Below are positions 49,708 to 62,329 of a DNA stretch of 64,000 nucleotides, piece after piece; positions within the stretch are counted from its first letter, which is position 1, and the number at the start of each line of letters is the position of its first letter. The stretch covers positions 54,562,001 through 54,626,000 of the forward strand of contig NC_045707.1 in assembly GCF_009834535.1 (NCBI RefSeq). Reading direction: 5' to 3'. The notes under the pieces were generated by a model. It was not told the origin of the DNA. It saw only the letters and a program-made list of their open reading frames with translations, and did not search any database. This DNA is from Camelus ferus (taxonomy: Eukaryota). Both the position numbers and the translations under genes were made by a program.

Positions 49708-50692
49708 ATTTTTCCAAAGAAGACATGCAGATGGCTAACAGACACACATGAAAGGATGCATGACATCACTAATTATTAGAGAAATTCAAATCAGAACCAC
49801 AATGAGATATCACCATGCAACTTTCAGAATGACTATTATCAAAGAGTCTACAAATAACAAATGTTGGAGAGGATGTGGAGAAAATGGAACTCTTGTACAC
49901 TGTTGGTGGGAAGGGAAATTGGTGCAGCCACTATGGAAGACAGTATGGAGGCTTCATAAAAACAACAGCAACAACAGCAACAACAAAAACTAAAAATAGA
50001 ACTACCATATGATGCAGCAATTTCACTCCTGGGTATATATCTGGAAAAAATGAAAACACTAATTCAGAAAGATACATGCACCTCAGTGTTCATAGCAGCA
50101 CTATTTACAATAGCCAAGACATGGAGGCAACCTAGGTGCTCATCAACAGATGATTGGCTTAAGATGTGACATGCATACACACACACACACACACACACGC
50201 ATACATACATATATTTATACATACATATATATATATATATATATTACTCAACCATAAAAAATGAAATATTGCCATTTGCAGCAACATGGATGGACCTAGA
50301 GTATATTATGTTTAGTGGAATAAATCAAAGAAAACTAATATTATATGATATCACTCATATGTGGAATTTAAAAAATAATACAAATGAGTGCATAAACAAA
50401 ACAGAAACAGATTCACAGACATAGAAAATAAACTTGTGGTTACCAAAGGGGAGAGGAAGTGGGGAAAACAAATTGGGGGTATGGGGTTAACAGATACAAA
50501 CTTCTATACATAAAATAGATAAGTAACAAGGATTTACTGCATAGCATAGGGCATTATAGCCCATTATAGTCAATACCTTATAATAACCTATAATAAAGTA
50601 TAGCCTGCAAAAATACTGAATCACTATGTGCTATACACCTGAAACTAACACAATATTGTAAATCAAGTATACACTTCAATTTTTTAAAAAAA
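49705..50692 (+). mobile_element. 5'-truncated L1 (ORF2 CCHC region, 3'UTR and A tail)
   Basis: Encodes ...[48 protein letters not shown]; 3'UTR ends acacctgaaactaacacaatattgtaaatcaa...cttcaat and an A tract; internal (CA)/(TA) repeat at 50175-50243. Confidence 0.92.
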
Positions 50693-50920
50693 GCTTATAC
50701 GTTTGAATAGATCCCTTCAGTTTATTTTTGCCCTTGTTTCCCTTGCCTGAGGAGACAGACCCCCCCAAAATTCTGCTAAGACCTATGTCAAAGAGTGTAC
50801 TGCCTATGTATTTTTCTAGTTTTATGGTTTCAGGTCTTAAATTTAGGCCTTTAGTCTATTTTCCGTTTATTTTTTAACATGATGTGAGAAAATCTTCTAA
50901 TTTTATTCTTTTACATGTAG
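50691..50920 (-). mobile_element. Older L1 ORF2 fragment (antisense, right piece)
   Basis: tttatttttgcccttgtttcccttgcctgaggagacaga...tatgtcaaagagtgtactgcctatg...ttttattcttttacatgtag. Confidence 0.85.
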
Positions 50921-51235
50921 AATCTAAGGAATAAAGCAAATGGATGAACTTAACAAAACAGAAATGGACTCACAGGCACAGAGAACAAACTAATGGTGAC
51001 TAGCAGGGAGAAGGGTGGAGAGAGGAGCAAGATGGAGAAAGGGGATTAATAGGTACAAAATATTAAGTATAAAACAAATAAGATACAAATATACAATGTA
51101 TAGTACAGGAAATATAGCAAGAATTTCATAACACCTTTATGTGGAATGTAATCTATAAAAATATCAAATCACTAGGCTGTACACCTGAGACTAATATAAT
51201 ATTGTAAGTCAACTATACTTCAATTAAAAAAAAAA
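50921..51235 (+). mobile_element. L1 3'UTR with poly(A) (sense half of a probable 5'-inverted L1)
   Basis: acaaaacagaaatggactcacaggcacagagaacaaacta...gtacacctgagactaatataatattgtaagtcaactatacttcaattaaaaaaaaaa. Confidence 0.85.
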
Positions 51236-53084
51236 GGTATGCTTCAACAAATTTCCAAATTGGTACCCATCACAGATTCTATGTATAAAACTATGAAGAC
51301 TTAAATTCCAAATATTAAAGATCTATTGTACATCTTCATGGTCATAAAGTAAGTTTCCAACCTAGTTATTTCACCCTAAATTAAATTTTCTTCTCATTTG
51401 AACTTGAGAAAGCATCCAATGTTAGTAATGACAAGTTATATTAACTTTAAACTGAGGCTAAGTAATAGGTCATAATTGCCTGTCCAATGGGTATGATCTT
51501 CTGCAGATGCTCCTGTGGATGCTGGTAGCCTTTGGAAGCTGACTTTTTCTGCTACAGTCTTTGAAGTCCTCGTATTTGCATTCAAACCTTAACCCACCTC
51601 TCCTCACTATCAAGTCATCCATTTTCACCTACTTTCTCTCTATCCTAGCTTTCTTCATCATGTATCCTTCCAAATTTGTCTTCTGCCTTGAGTTCCTGTC
51701 TTCCTCTCCTAAAGTCCAGACTTTTAAAGTTAATTGCTTTTTCCTTGCTTCTCTGCAATAATGACCTTCACCTCAAGCAATGAATACCAAATGCCTAGTT
51801 TTTCCCCCTGATTTGGGGAGTCAAAGGAAAAAAAGAGCAGGGTGGGTTATATACATTTATAGCTGAAAAATTATATACCATCAAAGTCATTTAGAGATTG
51901 TGTACAGAGTCATTATTTATTAATCTGTTTTGCTAGCTACTGTAAACTGCTCCTGGTCAGAAGTCATGTCTCAAACATCTTTGGATACTTAAGTCCTTAG
52001 CCCTGTTGCCTGGTATATTAGAAGAGCTCAATATATGTTGGCTTTTTGTTGGCGGCTGAATAAATTTATGAGATGCCAAAATGGGAAGACACAGACAGAT
52101 ACATGTTAGGTGAGTGGCATCTGAAATCTGATCATAGACCTAGGATGGACCACATACTTTTACAATAAAGTCAGAGGAAATCCCATTTTAGCTGGTTAGC
52201 GTCAATAGAGGACAAAAGACAGCGTGCTTAGACCATAGTAACCAGAGCTGTTTTACCCAAAAGGGAAAGATAATGACCTCTTCTTTGCCAATACACACAT
52301 ACCTAGGAAAAAAAATCCCACTGAAAATAAACTTTGATTTAAAGGGTGGGGAAAATAAGGCATTAGTTGAAATACGTTATAATAAGGCAATTTGCTAAGG
52401 GCTTAATTATTCGCACCCCCAGAGGAGGGTGTGATGTTATGGTGGAGGAAGAAATCATAAAACTTAGCAGCAGGGGTTCATCTTCTTAGGTATTAAATAG
52501 GTAATTAATCTTAATTGCAGGAGGCAATTAAGCCTTACTTAGTAAGGTGATGATTTTTAGGTTCACAGTCAAAGCAAAACTTCAAGCCAAAGCAGAAATG
52601 GAAAAGGCAGGAGAACAAAATAAATGACACCTAGGAGTACTTTTAGAAGTACTTTTCTTTTGAATTAATCTTTACATTGTTTCTGTGTTAACCTGTATCA
52701 TTTTGGAGAAATTTAGGTTGTACTTGAGACAGGTTTTTATTTCCTTTTATTTGGAAAAGTACTCTGGATTTCCTCTTATTTCATTGATTTTTGTTTTTCT
52801 GCAGCTGCTATAGGCATACTGCCATAGATGCCAAAAGTGCTCCTTTGAACGTTGTACATGTTATAAAAATGTAACATCACAATAAATCTATAGGAATATA
52901 GGCTGGGATAAACATAGTAGGATCCTTTATACATATCTTTAGAAGTACATAAACTCTAAAAAGAAGTTTTTATTAAAATAAAAAAGTACTAATTTTGCCC
53001 TACATAAAATATTACATAAATCAAATTTGAAAAATATTTTAACTAAATTCTGTAACTTTAGGAGTAAGAAAAGATAGCACATAC

Positions 53085-53522
53085 TGTATTAATTTGCTAG
53101 GGTTGCCATTACAAAATGCAGCACTATTCAAATCTATTTAAACCAGAGACTGGGTGGTTTAAACAACAGAAATGTATTTTCTCACAGGTCTGGAGGCTGG
53201 AAGTCCAAGATCAAAGTGCCAGCAGGTTTGCTTTCTCCTCAAACTTCTCTCCTGGGCCTGAGGATCTCCATTTTCTTGCTGTGTCCCCACGGCCTTCTCT
53301 CTGTGCCCACATGCCACAGTGCCTCTCCATAAATCCTATCTTCTCTTCTTAGATGAATACCAGTTAGGCTGGACTAGGACCTATCCTAACAGCCTCATTT
53401 TAACATTTGATTGTAGTTACCTTTTGTAAAGACCTATCTCTAAATACAGTCACATTCTGAGGTACTGGACCGTTACGGCTTTACCATATACATTTTTGCA
53501 GAACACAATTTAGTTCACAACA
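53085..53522 (-). mobile_element. MaLR LTR MLT1A-like
   Basis: tgtattaatttgctagggttgcc...ctggaggctggaagtccaagatcaa...aaatacagtcacattctgaggtact...acacaatttagttcacaaca; degenerate TSD catac/tatat. Confidence 0.9.
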
Positions 53523-55104
53523 TATATATATAGCCAAAAAGAAAGCATACGCTTTTGAGATAAAGAGAACTGCGTCAAAATTCTAGTACTACTTTCTTGC
53601 TTCATGATTTGAAGCCAACTATTTCAAGCCACTGAGGCTTGGATTCTCAAGCATGTACGATTGGATAAAAGCATTACTGTGGATGATCTCCCTGACTTCC
53701 ACCAGCCCCACAACAGAACCCTGTACTTGGAGTTCTGCTCTCTTCTCACCATGACACACCTGCCCTCTTATCCCCCAGGTGAGTTTGTCTTTGTGAGACC
53801 AATTACCGGATTTCTTGCCTGTAAAACAGGAACTCTATAGTATCTACTTCATAGGTTCTGAAGATTAGACAATTTAATATAAGGAAAGTTCAGACAACAA
53901 TGCCTGACAAAGAGAAAGCACTAGATATAAAAGATAGGAATTACCATTAGAACTAGTAAACTCCAGAAATAATATATATATAAAGTGCATGTGCCACAGC
54001 CTGGTGCATAGTAAGGTTGTATCACAAAGATAGTGCACTTTTATTATTACTGGTGTTTGCTGTAAGTGTTTGTCTATAACTGCTGCTACAACTACAGCTA
54101 TTATTATTTTAATTACTGCTATTACTATTATCATCCACTGCTATTGCTCTTTTTACTGGAACTACTGATCTTTCGAAAATTCTAAAATTTAAGTTGGAAA
54201 AATGTTACTCTCCCGATATGAACATTTTGGTGACTGCCAACTGCTTTTAGGACAAAGCCTAAACTCTTTCATATGGCTAATAATTTCCTGAAGACTCTAC
54301 CCTCTATAAACCTCATCTCTAGGCACTTCCTACCTGCTACAACGTAGCCCTGCAAGTAAGATTTCAGTTCCTTCCACAACAAGGAAGGTACTTATGGTGG
54401 GCCTGCCTACTGTGATAGAAGCACTCTTCTGGGCACCGGGGACACAGCTGTGGGCAAAACAGTCGAGGGCCCTGTGCTCAGGAAGCACATATTCAGGAAG
54501 GAGGGGATTATGGATACAGATAATAAACAAGTAAATGTATGAGTCAGTGAGACATGCTTTGCAGAAAGTCAAAAACAAGTATATGAGAGAGATTGAATGG
54601 GGGACAGCTTGGGCTGGATTAGTTAGGAAAGATTTCACTGAGGAAATGAATTGAAGGTGAGATGTGAATGAGGAAAAAGAGTAAGGTGAACACTCCAGGC
54701 AGAAGGAGGACCATGTGTAAAAGGTCTAAGGTGGGATTGCATTTAGTGAATTCATGAAACTGACAAAAAGAGTGACTCACAAGATGAGATTAAAAGGTTG
54801 GGAGCAGCCAGATCCTTCAGGACCTAACCTGTGTAAGGAGGCTGACTGTTATTATTAAGTACAGTAAAAACCATTAGAAGAACGTATGACTAAAACATTA
54901 TATGATTTGCATTTTCATAAGACAACTCCAGTCACTTTATTTAGAATTGATTGGAAAAATACAATCATGGAGACCAGTTAGAGGGCCATAATGATAGTCC
55001 AGGTGAGGTTCTCAGCTTTAAGCAACTAGGTGAATGATACAAAAGACTGGATGAGAAAATTTAGAAGGTAACGTTGAGACCTATATGACATGTCATAGCA
55101 GACA

Positions 55105-55478
55105 CTACTGTTAATTCGCTCATGTCTGTTCTTTCCTTCTTTCTTACTTGTAGAGCTAGCTGATTTTTAGATGGACATATGAAGACTGCATTTCTTTACT
55201 GGAAGGAAAAGAGACAAAATTCTGAATGATGAAATATAGAAGTGATAAGCATAACATCTCAAGGCATACTTAAAGGCAGGCACACTTCTCTTGTTCCTTC
55301 TGGCAGAATGTGGACCTGGAGTAACCATTTTAGTCTATATATCAAGAATGGTGGAGAAACATGGTACAGAGGGACATGGGTTACTGAGAATTCACCTTCA
55401 CTATGGATGAGAGAATAAATCTTTATCTTTTTTAAACCACTGGTATAGTCAGGTACACAAGTCTGGAACTCAGAGAAG
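55105..55478 (+). mobile_element. MaLR LTR (MLT1J-like)
   Basis: gactgcatttc...tgagagaataaatctttatcttttttaaaccactg end motif. Confidence 0.5.
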
Positions 55479-55531
55479 TTGTCATATATCGTGAAGGATA
55501 TATGAATTAGGAATCCTTTGCTTAAAGATGA

Positions 55532-55838
55532 TGTTGCTGAATCCAAACTCGTTCTGCTCGCCGCATAACAGGACAATAAATTGGGAGACAGGTGTTGGGG
55601 CAAGGAATAGCGACTTTATTCGGAAAGCCGGCAGACTGAGCAGATGGCAGACTAGTGTCTTGGAGAACCATCCTGCTCTAGTCAGAATATAGGCTCCTTT
55701 TATACAAAAAATAAGGGAGTGGATGTGGCTGATTGTTGTAATCTTCTTGCTGCAGGCATTCTTTGTCCTTGCAGCCATCCCCGTGGGCTAAGTCATGGTG
55801 TCCCATTAAACCTCCAACAAAACAAAGGTTATTCTCTA
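55532..55838 (-). mobile_element. ERV1-type LTR, partial (U5/R end present)
   Basis: tgttgctgaatccaaactcgttctgctcgccgc...gcgactttattcggaaagccggc (AATAAA on minus) ...ccttttatac (TATA on minus); relatively CpG-rich. Confidence 0.8.
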
Positions 55839-57091
55839 CTACAATGATACCTAAAGCTAAAAGCTGACTAGGATCACCAAGGAAGAAAATTTAGCCAGAG
55901 AAATTGTCCACAAACTGAGCCCTGGGACACTTAAGTCTGGGAAGAGAAGGAAACTTCATTAAAATAGGATTAGAAGGAGCAACCAGTGAGACTGTGTTAT
56001 CTTAGAGACCCAGAGGACAGGACTTCACAGAAGGCAGGAGTGGTCAAGTAACAGGTCAGTCAATGAGACCAATGAGGACAAAGACAAAACCAGTGAATTT
56101 GCAGCACCCTGGTCGGTGCCCTTGACAGGAACAATTTCCCTTGTGTGGTATGGGCAGAAGCTGAAATTTAGTGGGTTGAAGAGGGAACAAGAGGGGAAAA
56201 AAAAAGACGATGATTACAGGCCAAACACCTGAGTGTTTGAGTTTGTTTTGTTTCTATTTTTGTTTTGCTTTACCTTAACAGAAAGCAGTAAAAAGCTGCA
56301 AAAGTGGAGGAAGACGAAGGAGGTGAGTCAAAGGAGAGGGATTTTAATTTGTTTTGCTGCAAATGATAGATCTATTTATTCTTTAAAATACTTCCAGGCA
56401 TAGTCTTTCTCCTGGCCTTTTTCAAGTGTCTTCTTTGCCTAGAATAAACAATTTTCATTCACACTTTCCTACCAGCTCTCCCACCCAGACAAAATTAAAT
56501 ATATCCCCCCTTTTGTGCTCACAGTGACATTCATCCTAGAGAGAAAGACATTTCTTCTTTCAGAGAGGCAGGTTTTTATAGTAGAAAAAGAAGGACCTGT
56601 GAGCAAATGGATCTTATAAATGTAAATAGTTTAATACTGAAGTAGTTGCTCAACCATTCTGTCTTAATTTCCTTATCAATTAAAAATGTTTTTTTTAATT
56701 ATAAAAAGTTTTCTGTAAAATCTCAATGAGATAAATGTAAAAGCTTTGAATAGAGCCTACCAACCAGTTGGCTGTCAATAGAAGTGGTTCTTTTCGTTGT
56801 GAGCCTGCCTGGGTCCTCCCTTTTTCTCCTGTGACCCAATTTCTACAGATTCCTTTCTATGCTTCATCCTATTTTTGTCCATTGCTACACTGAGCTAGAA
56901 TTGTCACTCCATTTTTCAGTAGTTTAAAAGTGCAAGAACAGAGACACATTAATGTCCCCTCACACACAAACATATATCTAATTCAGTACTTTTAATTCGA
57001 GATGTAAAGAGACTCAGTTAGTAATTGGGGCAGAAGCATAAACAGTAATGTCACATACCAAGAGGTAAAAACAGCCATGAGTAAGCAGAGC

Positions 57092-57575
57092 TGTTGTGAA
57101 TGAAAAATACAGCAAACCATATCAGTAAGCAAAGAATGCTGAAACCATCAAGTCATCAGCGGCTGCCGCCATCCCCCCAGTGAGGACAAGCCTGCAGCCC
57201 AGCCTCTGCAGCCTCTCACAGTGATGCACCCTGAGGGGACTCAGAATAAGAAAGGGAAGGATACTGGCCCTAGATAGCTAGGTTTTTGTCAAAGGAATGA
57301 ATTCAGTGAGCCCAAATGTTTGCTTCCTCCCATACAAAGAAAAGCACTAAATTCTTTAACTTGAGATGCCTCAAGTTTATTTAGATAACAAGTAATCTTT
57401 TATTGTTCCAACTCCCTGGTTTTTGTTGTAAAACTCCTATATATCCTAGCTTCTCCCCTACCTCTTCAGAGCAGTCCCTCAGAGCGATCTGAGAGGCTGT
57501 CATCCCAGCTCAAGTCCTACCACCAAATAAAACATAACTCTCAGCTTTTAGGCTGAGCATTTATTTCAGTCAACA
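57092..57575 (+). mobile_element. ERV1-type solo LTR
   Basis: TGTTG...CAACA inverted termini; ctatatat TATA-like motif near 57438; AATAAA near 57526; no PBS after it. Confidence 0.8.
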
Positions 57576-57753
57576 CTACGAATGAGCACTCTGAAAGACT
57601 ATTGTAATAGGAGGGGAGATGGTTGATTTGCAGCAATTGGGGAAATAGAAATAAGAATTGGCTGAATCTGAGTCAACACTGTGGTGAGATTACTAGTATA
57701 CAGATGAACAAAAGTGGCTGCTAAAGGCCAAAGATAAAACTCAATCCTCAGAA

Positions 57754-58275
57754 TCAAAATAGAGCAGGACCCTGTGGGGGGTCCTCCCTGATATACATCC
57801 TTAAGAAATAGGCTTCATTCAGCCTCCTTGACCCTCCCTGAGTTCCCAAGGGCAGCTTCAAACAGTTGCTAATCAGGGAAGGGAGGGAATGTAGAAATAA
57901 AGTAAGAACAATCAAAAAACAATAGTGCAGCCTTGGGTTCTTTCTCAAGGAATATACATAACAGTATCTTTGAGTTCTTCTGCAGAAATTAAGGCCTCCA
58001 CCCATATTAAGGATGGTAACTTCAAGCTGGACACAAGATTCCTGGAACACTATCATGTTACCTCACCATCAACCTACCAGAAGAAAGCCACACGCCCTGC
58101 AGCCCTCGCTCCAAATTTTTCCTTTAAAGATTTCTCCCTTCAGGGAGTTTGGGTTTTCTAAGCACAAACCACCTGTTCTTAGTCCTGCAATAAAGCTTTC
58201 TCTGCTCCAAACTCTGACATTTCTGTTTGATTGACCTCACTGTGCATCAGGCACACAAACTTTTGTTTGGTAACA
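57754..58275 (+). mobile_element. ERV1-type solo LTR (MER41/LTR39-like)
   Basis: aaatagagcaggaccctgtgggg start, cctttaaa box, caataaagc poly(A) signal near 58189, end ggtaaca. Confidence 0.8.
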
Positions 58276-58302
58276 GAAACATGTCAGTCCTGAGTGACCT
58301 TC

Positions 58303-58938
58303 TGATGCAGGAAAATGGATGTGGGGCGTGAGGAGGGCTGTGTCCCAGGTCTTGGTGGAACCCCTGGGACGTGCCCCACCAGGTGTGGGTCCTTGGCTTT
58401 GAGGAGGAAAGAATTCAAGTGCGAGCCACAGTTGAGTAAAGGCAGATTTATTTAGAGAGATACACACTGCATAGAGTGCAAGGCAAGAGAAAGGCAAGGA
58501 AAGAGGTGTGGGAATTGGGAGCTCAGGTTAAAGTAAAAGTACGTACACACTCCATAGACAGAGTGCGGGCCGTCTCCAAAGATGAGGGAGTGAAAAAGGC
58601 CACTAGGCTTGGTAGTGTCAGTTTTTATGGGCTCAGTAGCTTCACATGCCTACAGGTAGCACCATTCCAACTGCCCTGGGGAAGGGGCTGTGATTCCCAG
58701 GAATTGGGCCACCGCCCATTCTTTGGCCTTTTGCAGTTAGCCTTGGGGCTGTCATGGCGCCTGCGGGCATATTATTTAGCAAGCTGTTACAATGAGCATA
58801 TAATGAAGCTCAAGGTCTACTAGAATTCAAACCTCTTAATCCTCAAGGCCAACTAGGAATTGAATCTTCCACCATTTTGGTGTTAAATTACTGTCATTCC
58901 TTGAGTGGCTGTGCCCTGCCCCCTTCCCTCCTGTCTCA
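58303..58938 (-). mobile_element. ERV1-type solo LTR with perfect 4-bp TSD
   Basis: TG...CA termini; CTTC at 58299-58302 and 58939-58942; AATAAA on minus at 58447-58452; minus strand begins tgagacaggagggaagggggcaggg. Confidence 0.9.
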
Positions 58939-60144
58939 CTTCTATTTTCTGAACCATATTCCAATCTCCTATAACCATACTATACTCATTGCTATTTCTT
59001 CCACAAAGATTGGAAGGACAACTTTTCCTGATTCCAGTGAAGTACCAGTCTTTTGTTTTACCTGACAAACAATAAAACAAACAACAAACAAAAAAGCAAT
59101 AACAACAAATATAGTTGAGCCTAACTATATCAGAAACAGAGTCTATGGCACGACAACAACAAATATTCAAGAGTGTATCTACCAATACCTCTAACGTAAA
59201 ACAAAACAAAATAAAGCATACGACAGGCACTGAAATATATATTTCAGAAAGAAAAAAAAAGTAGGTGAAAACTTTGATTATTGCACATAAAAGGCTGTCA
59301 CTGAATGATCTAATATTCCACATTTTTAAATCTCTCACAGCCTTAAATCATCCATGTGTTTTTTTTCAACTGCAGCAGCAAACCTTTCCATCCCAATACT
59401 TCTATATGGTGAGAGAACAGCAAAATGACTAAGAAGGTAGATTCTGGAGACAGAAAGACTTTATTGGGGGCCTAGATCCAACTCTTAAAAGGTGTGATTA
59501 ATCTTCCTGGTTCCCCAAATTGACTTACCTCTTTCTCCACATCTTGCTTCAGAGAGGTGAGAGAAATCATAAAGTTAAAACTGCCTACCAGAACTCTTCC
59601 CTTAGGTGTCCCGTAGATACTCATCATTTTATCCCTCTAAACACTCTACATCTTCAACAATGCTAAACAAATATAATTCCATGAATATACTTCAGGGAAA
59701 TGTCTGGCCAAAATCAGGCAGGCACCCTTAACATTCCAGTTAACTGTCCAGGCTGCTGATCATTTGTTTTCATTTTTGTTTTAAGGAAGTGATTCAGATG
59801 TTCAGAAAAGCAGCATCATTCAGAATTATTTTTTTTTAATGTTCCTTTATTCTGTACTCAAGATACAGAGTACCAGATTATCAGATTACTTACAGGCACT
59901 GCTTTCTCCACTGATGGTGGACCTTTCATATTCCTGAGAAATGAGGTCATACATTCTTTTAAGAGGGTAGACAGGAAGAGATTTTTCCAGAGAAAACTCC
60001 GTGGTCATAACTTGTCACTGTGTTCCTCCTTGACAAAGTAACCCCCCTCCCTCTCTTATACCCAAGATGATGGAGAACATAAGAATATTCAATTATACTA
60101 GTTTTGCTAATCCAAAAGGTAAAGACCCCAATATTTGTCATACT

Positions 60145-60651
60145 TGAAAGACAAGTTTACAGTTGGAAGACAGTGCATTGTGCAGTGAAATATTTTAAAA
60201 GATTTATTTAAAAAGAAAGGGAAAGTACACCTTCAAGAACGGGAGGCAGGTTGATCCAAGGGAGGATAAGTGGTGGGTTTTGTCTTCCCTTTTACACCCT
60301 CACTTAGAGGTGGTCTCTTGATTGACTGACAGCTCTTGTCCCTGCAATGCTTAGTCATGTTTGTCCCTTTTGCACATGTCCTTATTCATGGTGTACACAG
60401 AAAAACCCATGAGGGGGTTATCTACACCACAATGTTAATTATAATACAATGAGCATTGAGTCATGTCCATTTAAGTCCTTTCTGCTGTGGTGTACTCGTG
60501 GCTGTCGGGTTCTGACTGGTTTCTTGCTGGTGCTCATTTAGAAGAAGTAAAGTCCGTTTATGCTGGAGGCAGACACAACGCCATCTTCCGGACCATCCTC
60601 CCTCTATTCCACCTGTCTGCCCGGTACCCCCACTTATCTAACTACCTAACA
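60145..60651 (-). mobile_element. ERV1-type solo LTR
   Basis: Minus strand begins tgttaggtagttagataag and ends ...tttca; AATAAA on minus near 60203-60208; no clear TSD. Confidence 0.7.
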
Positions 60652-62329
60652 GTTTCTTTCACAGAGGTATGAAAATTAACCAGCATGTAATATTCTCATG
60701 ATATAGCACAAGATATAAGTACTGTATCACATCTTATGCTTTCCAAGTCTACCACTTGGAAATTCTATAAGTTATCTATTGGGAGTGGAATAGCCCAACC
60801 CATGTGGTCCCATACTCTCTGGCTGTAGTTTGTTAAGTCCATGTATTTCTGTGACGAGGAAGCACTGTCATATTACACACTACGAAGATCTGGGTACCCA
60901 AGCAAGAATGTCTGGGGTCCTCCAACTGATGACTCTGTGACTTTGTACATACTACCCTCTTCCTAGAATGGCTTGTCTCTTCCTGCTCCCTTGCTTCATC
61001 TGGTTACCATGGGTATGTGTTTTTCTTATATATTTATTTTTATTTTTGTACATCTCTACACATAACTCTTTCTTGATATTTAGCACAATGTATGGCACTT
61101 GTATAAACATCTTCAGGAAAGAAACCAATCTTAGTATGGGCTTGCCGCTTAGTAGATACTCAAATATTTGACTGACATTTTACTTTGCTGTTTGGCAGAC
61201 ACATTGCAAAGTATAATGTGATCCATGGTGGGGAGAAGAGATTGAACTAATGATAGCATGGTGCATCAAATGGTATCTAGTGACAGAATTTTGGATAAGA
61301 AATTCACTACTTACATGAGAACAGATACAGATTCTTTCCTTCTTTCAGCAGCCACGGAGACTTCATCTTCACTGGAGGAGACAACAACCTGTGATAAAAG
61401 GAAAAGGATAGACTAAGGAAATTCCTCTTTCCTGCAACTTATAGAACCCATTACAAATAAACTGTTATGCTGAGCTCTAAAGAGATTATAGAGTCCTCCC
61501 TCTCCTTTTTTTTAACCATATAATCAGCTCATTTTCTCTTTGAAGAGAATTGCAATAGGGACTTGATCTCTCAAGATTATAACGAAAGGTTTATTTCTGT
61601 AAGACTAAAGTCATAGGCCTTATATATAAAAATAGTGTCTTTTAAAGGAAAATCTTAAAAAAAATGATTAAAATAAATGTACTCACATAAAATACCACTT
61701 CTCAGAATTTTTTAGTATAGCCTTTTAATTGAACCAACCAAATTGGAAAAAAAAAATTCTTTTTTCATTTTCTGCTTTGGTGTCTAGCTGAAAGTATCAA
61801 TATAAATATGCAACTTGTGAGAGTTTTGATACATTTTAAAACAATGTAGAAATAAAGCTGTACCTGTTTATTATGTTAAGTATATAGCATATTTGTTGCA
61901 TGAATAGATTAATTAAATTAATATAGCTTCATATTTCTTTAGGATATGCCTGGAGGATTTTAACTATAAGTACAAATCATCACTACAAAAATATAAAAGT
62001 TCATGTAAGTGTTAATCTTTGCAAAACTATTCTTAATTTTGGACATTCTTACCAAGATAGCACGTCTTTTAGATTTCAAATGACATGACATCAAACAACA
62101 TACTATATAGTTTCTCAGAGGAATCTCAAGGTTAGCTTAAATATTCCTTTGTCTCTTTTGCCTACAAGCTCCTGCTTTTGCTAAAACATTAATTATGAAT
62201 CATTTTACTAACCCCTCTATGTGGTTTCTGTTGTGCAAAGACAGAACATGGTACACTTTCTTTAATCTCCCTTGCAAAAAATCAGTCGCTGATAATAAAT
62301 TCACTAAATGTCATTAAATTCATAAATGT

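Larger units (their letters stand above)
54385..56200 (-). mobile_element. L2a LINE 3' region, interrupted by MLT1 and ERV1 LTR insertions
   Basis: gcactcttctgggcaccggggacacagc..caaaacag, continuing after 55840 with gatcaccaagga...actgagccctggg...gaaggagcaaccagtgag...ccttgacagga.caattt. Confidence 0.8.

Noticed and set aside
58883..59338. Longest ORF in the track (151 aa, minus strand)
   Set aside because: Low-complexity, T-rich composition suppresses stops; it runs into an LTR and has no recognisable domain.
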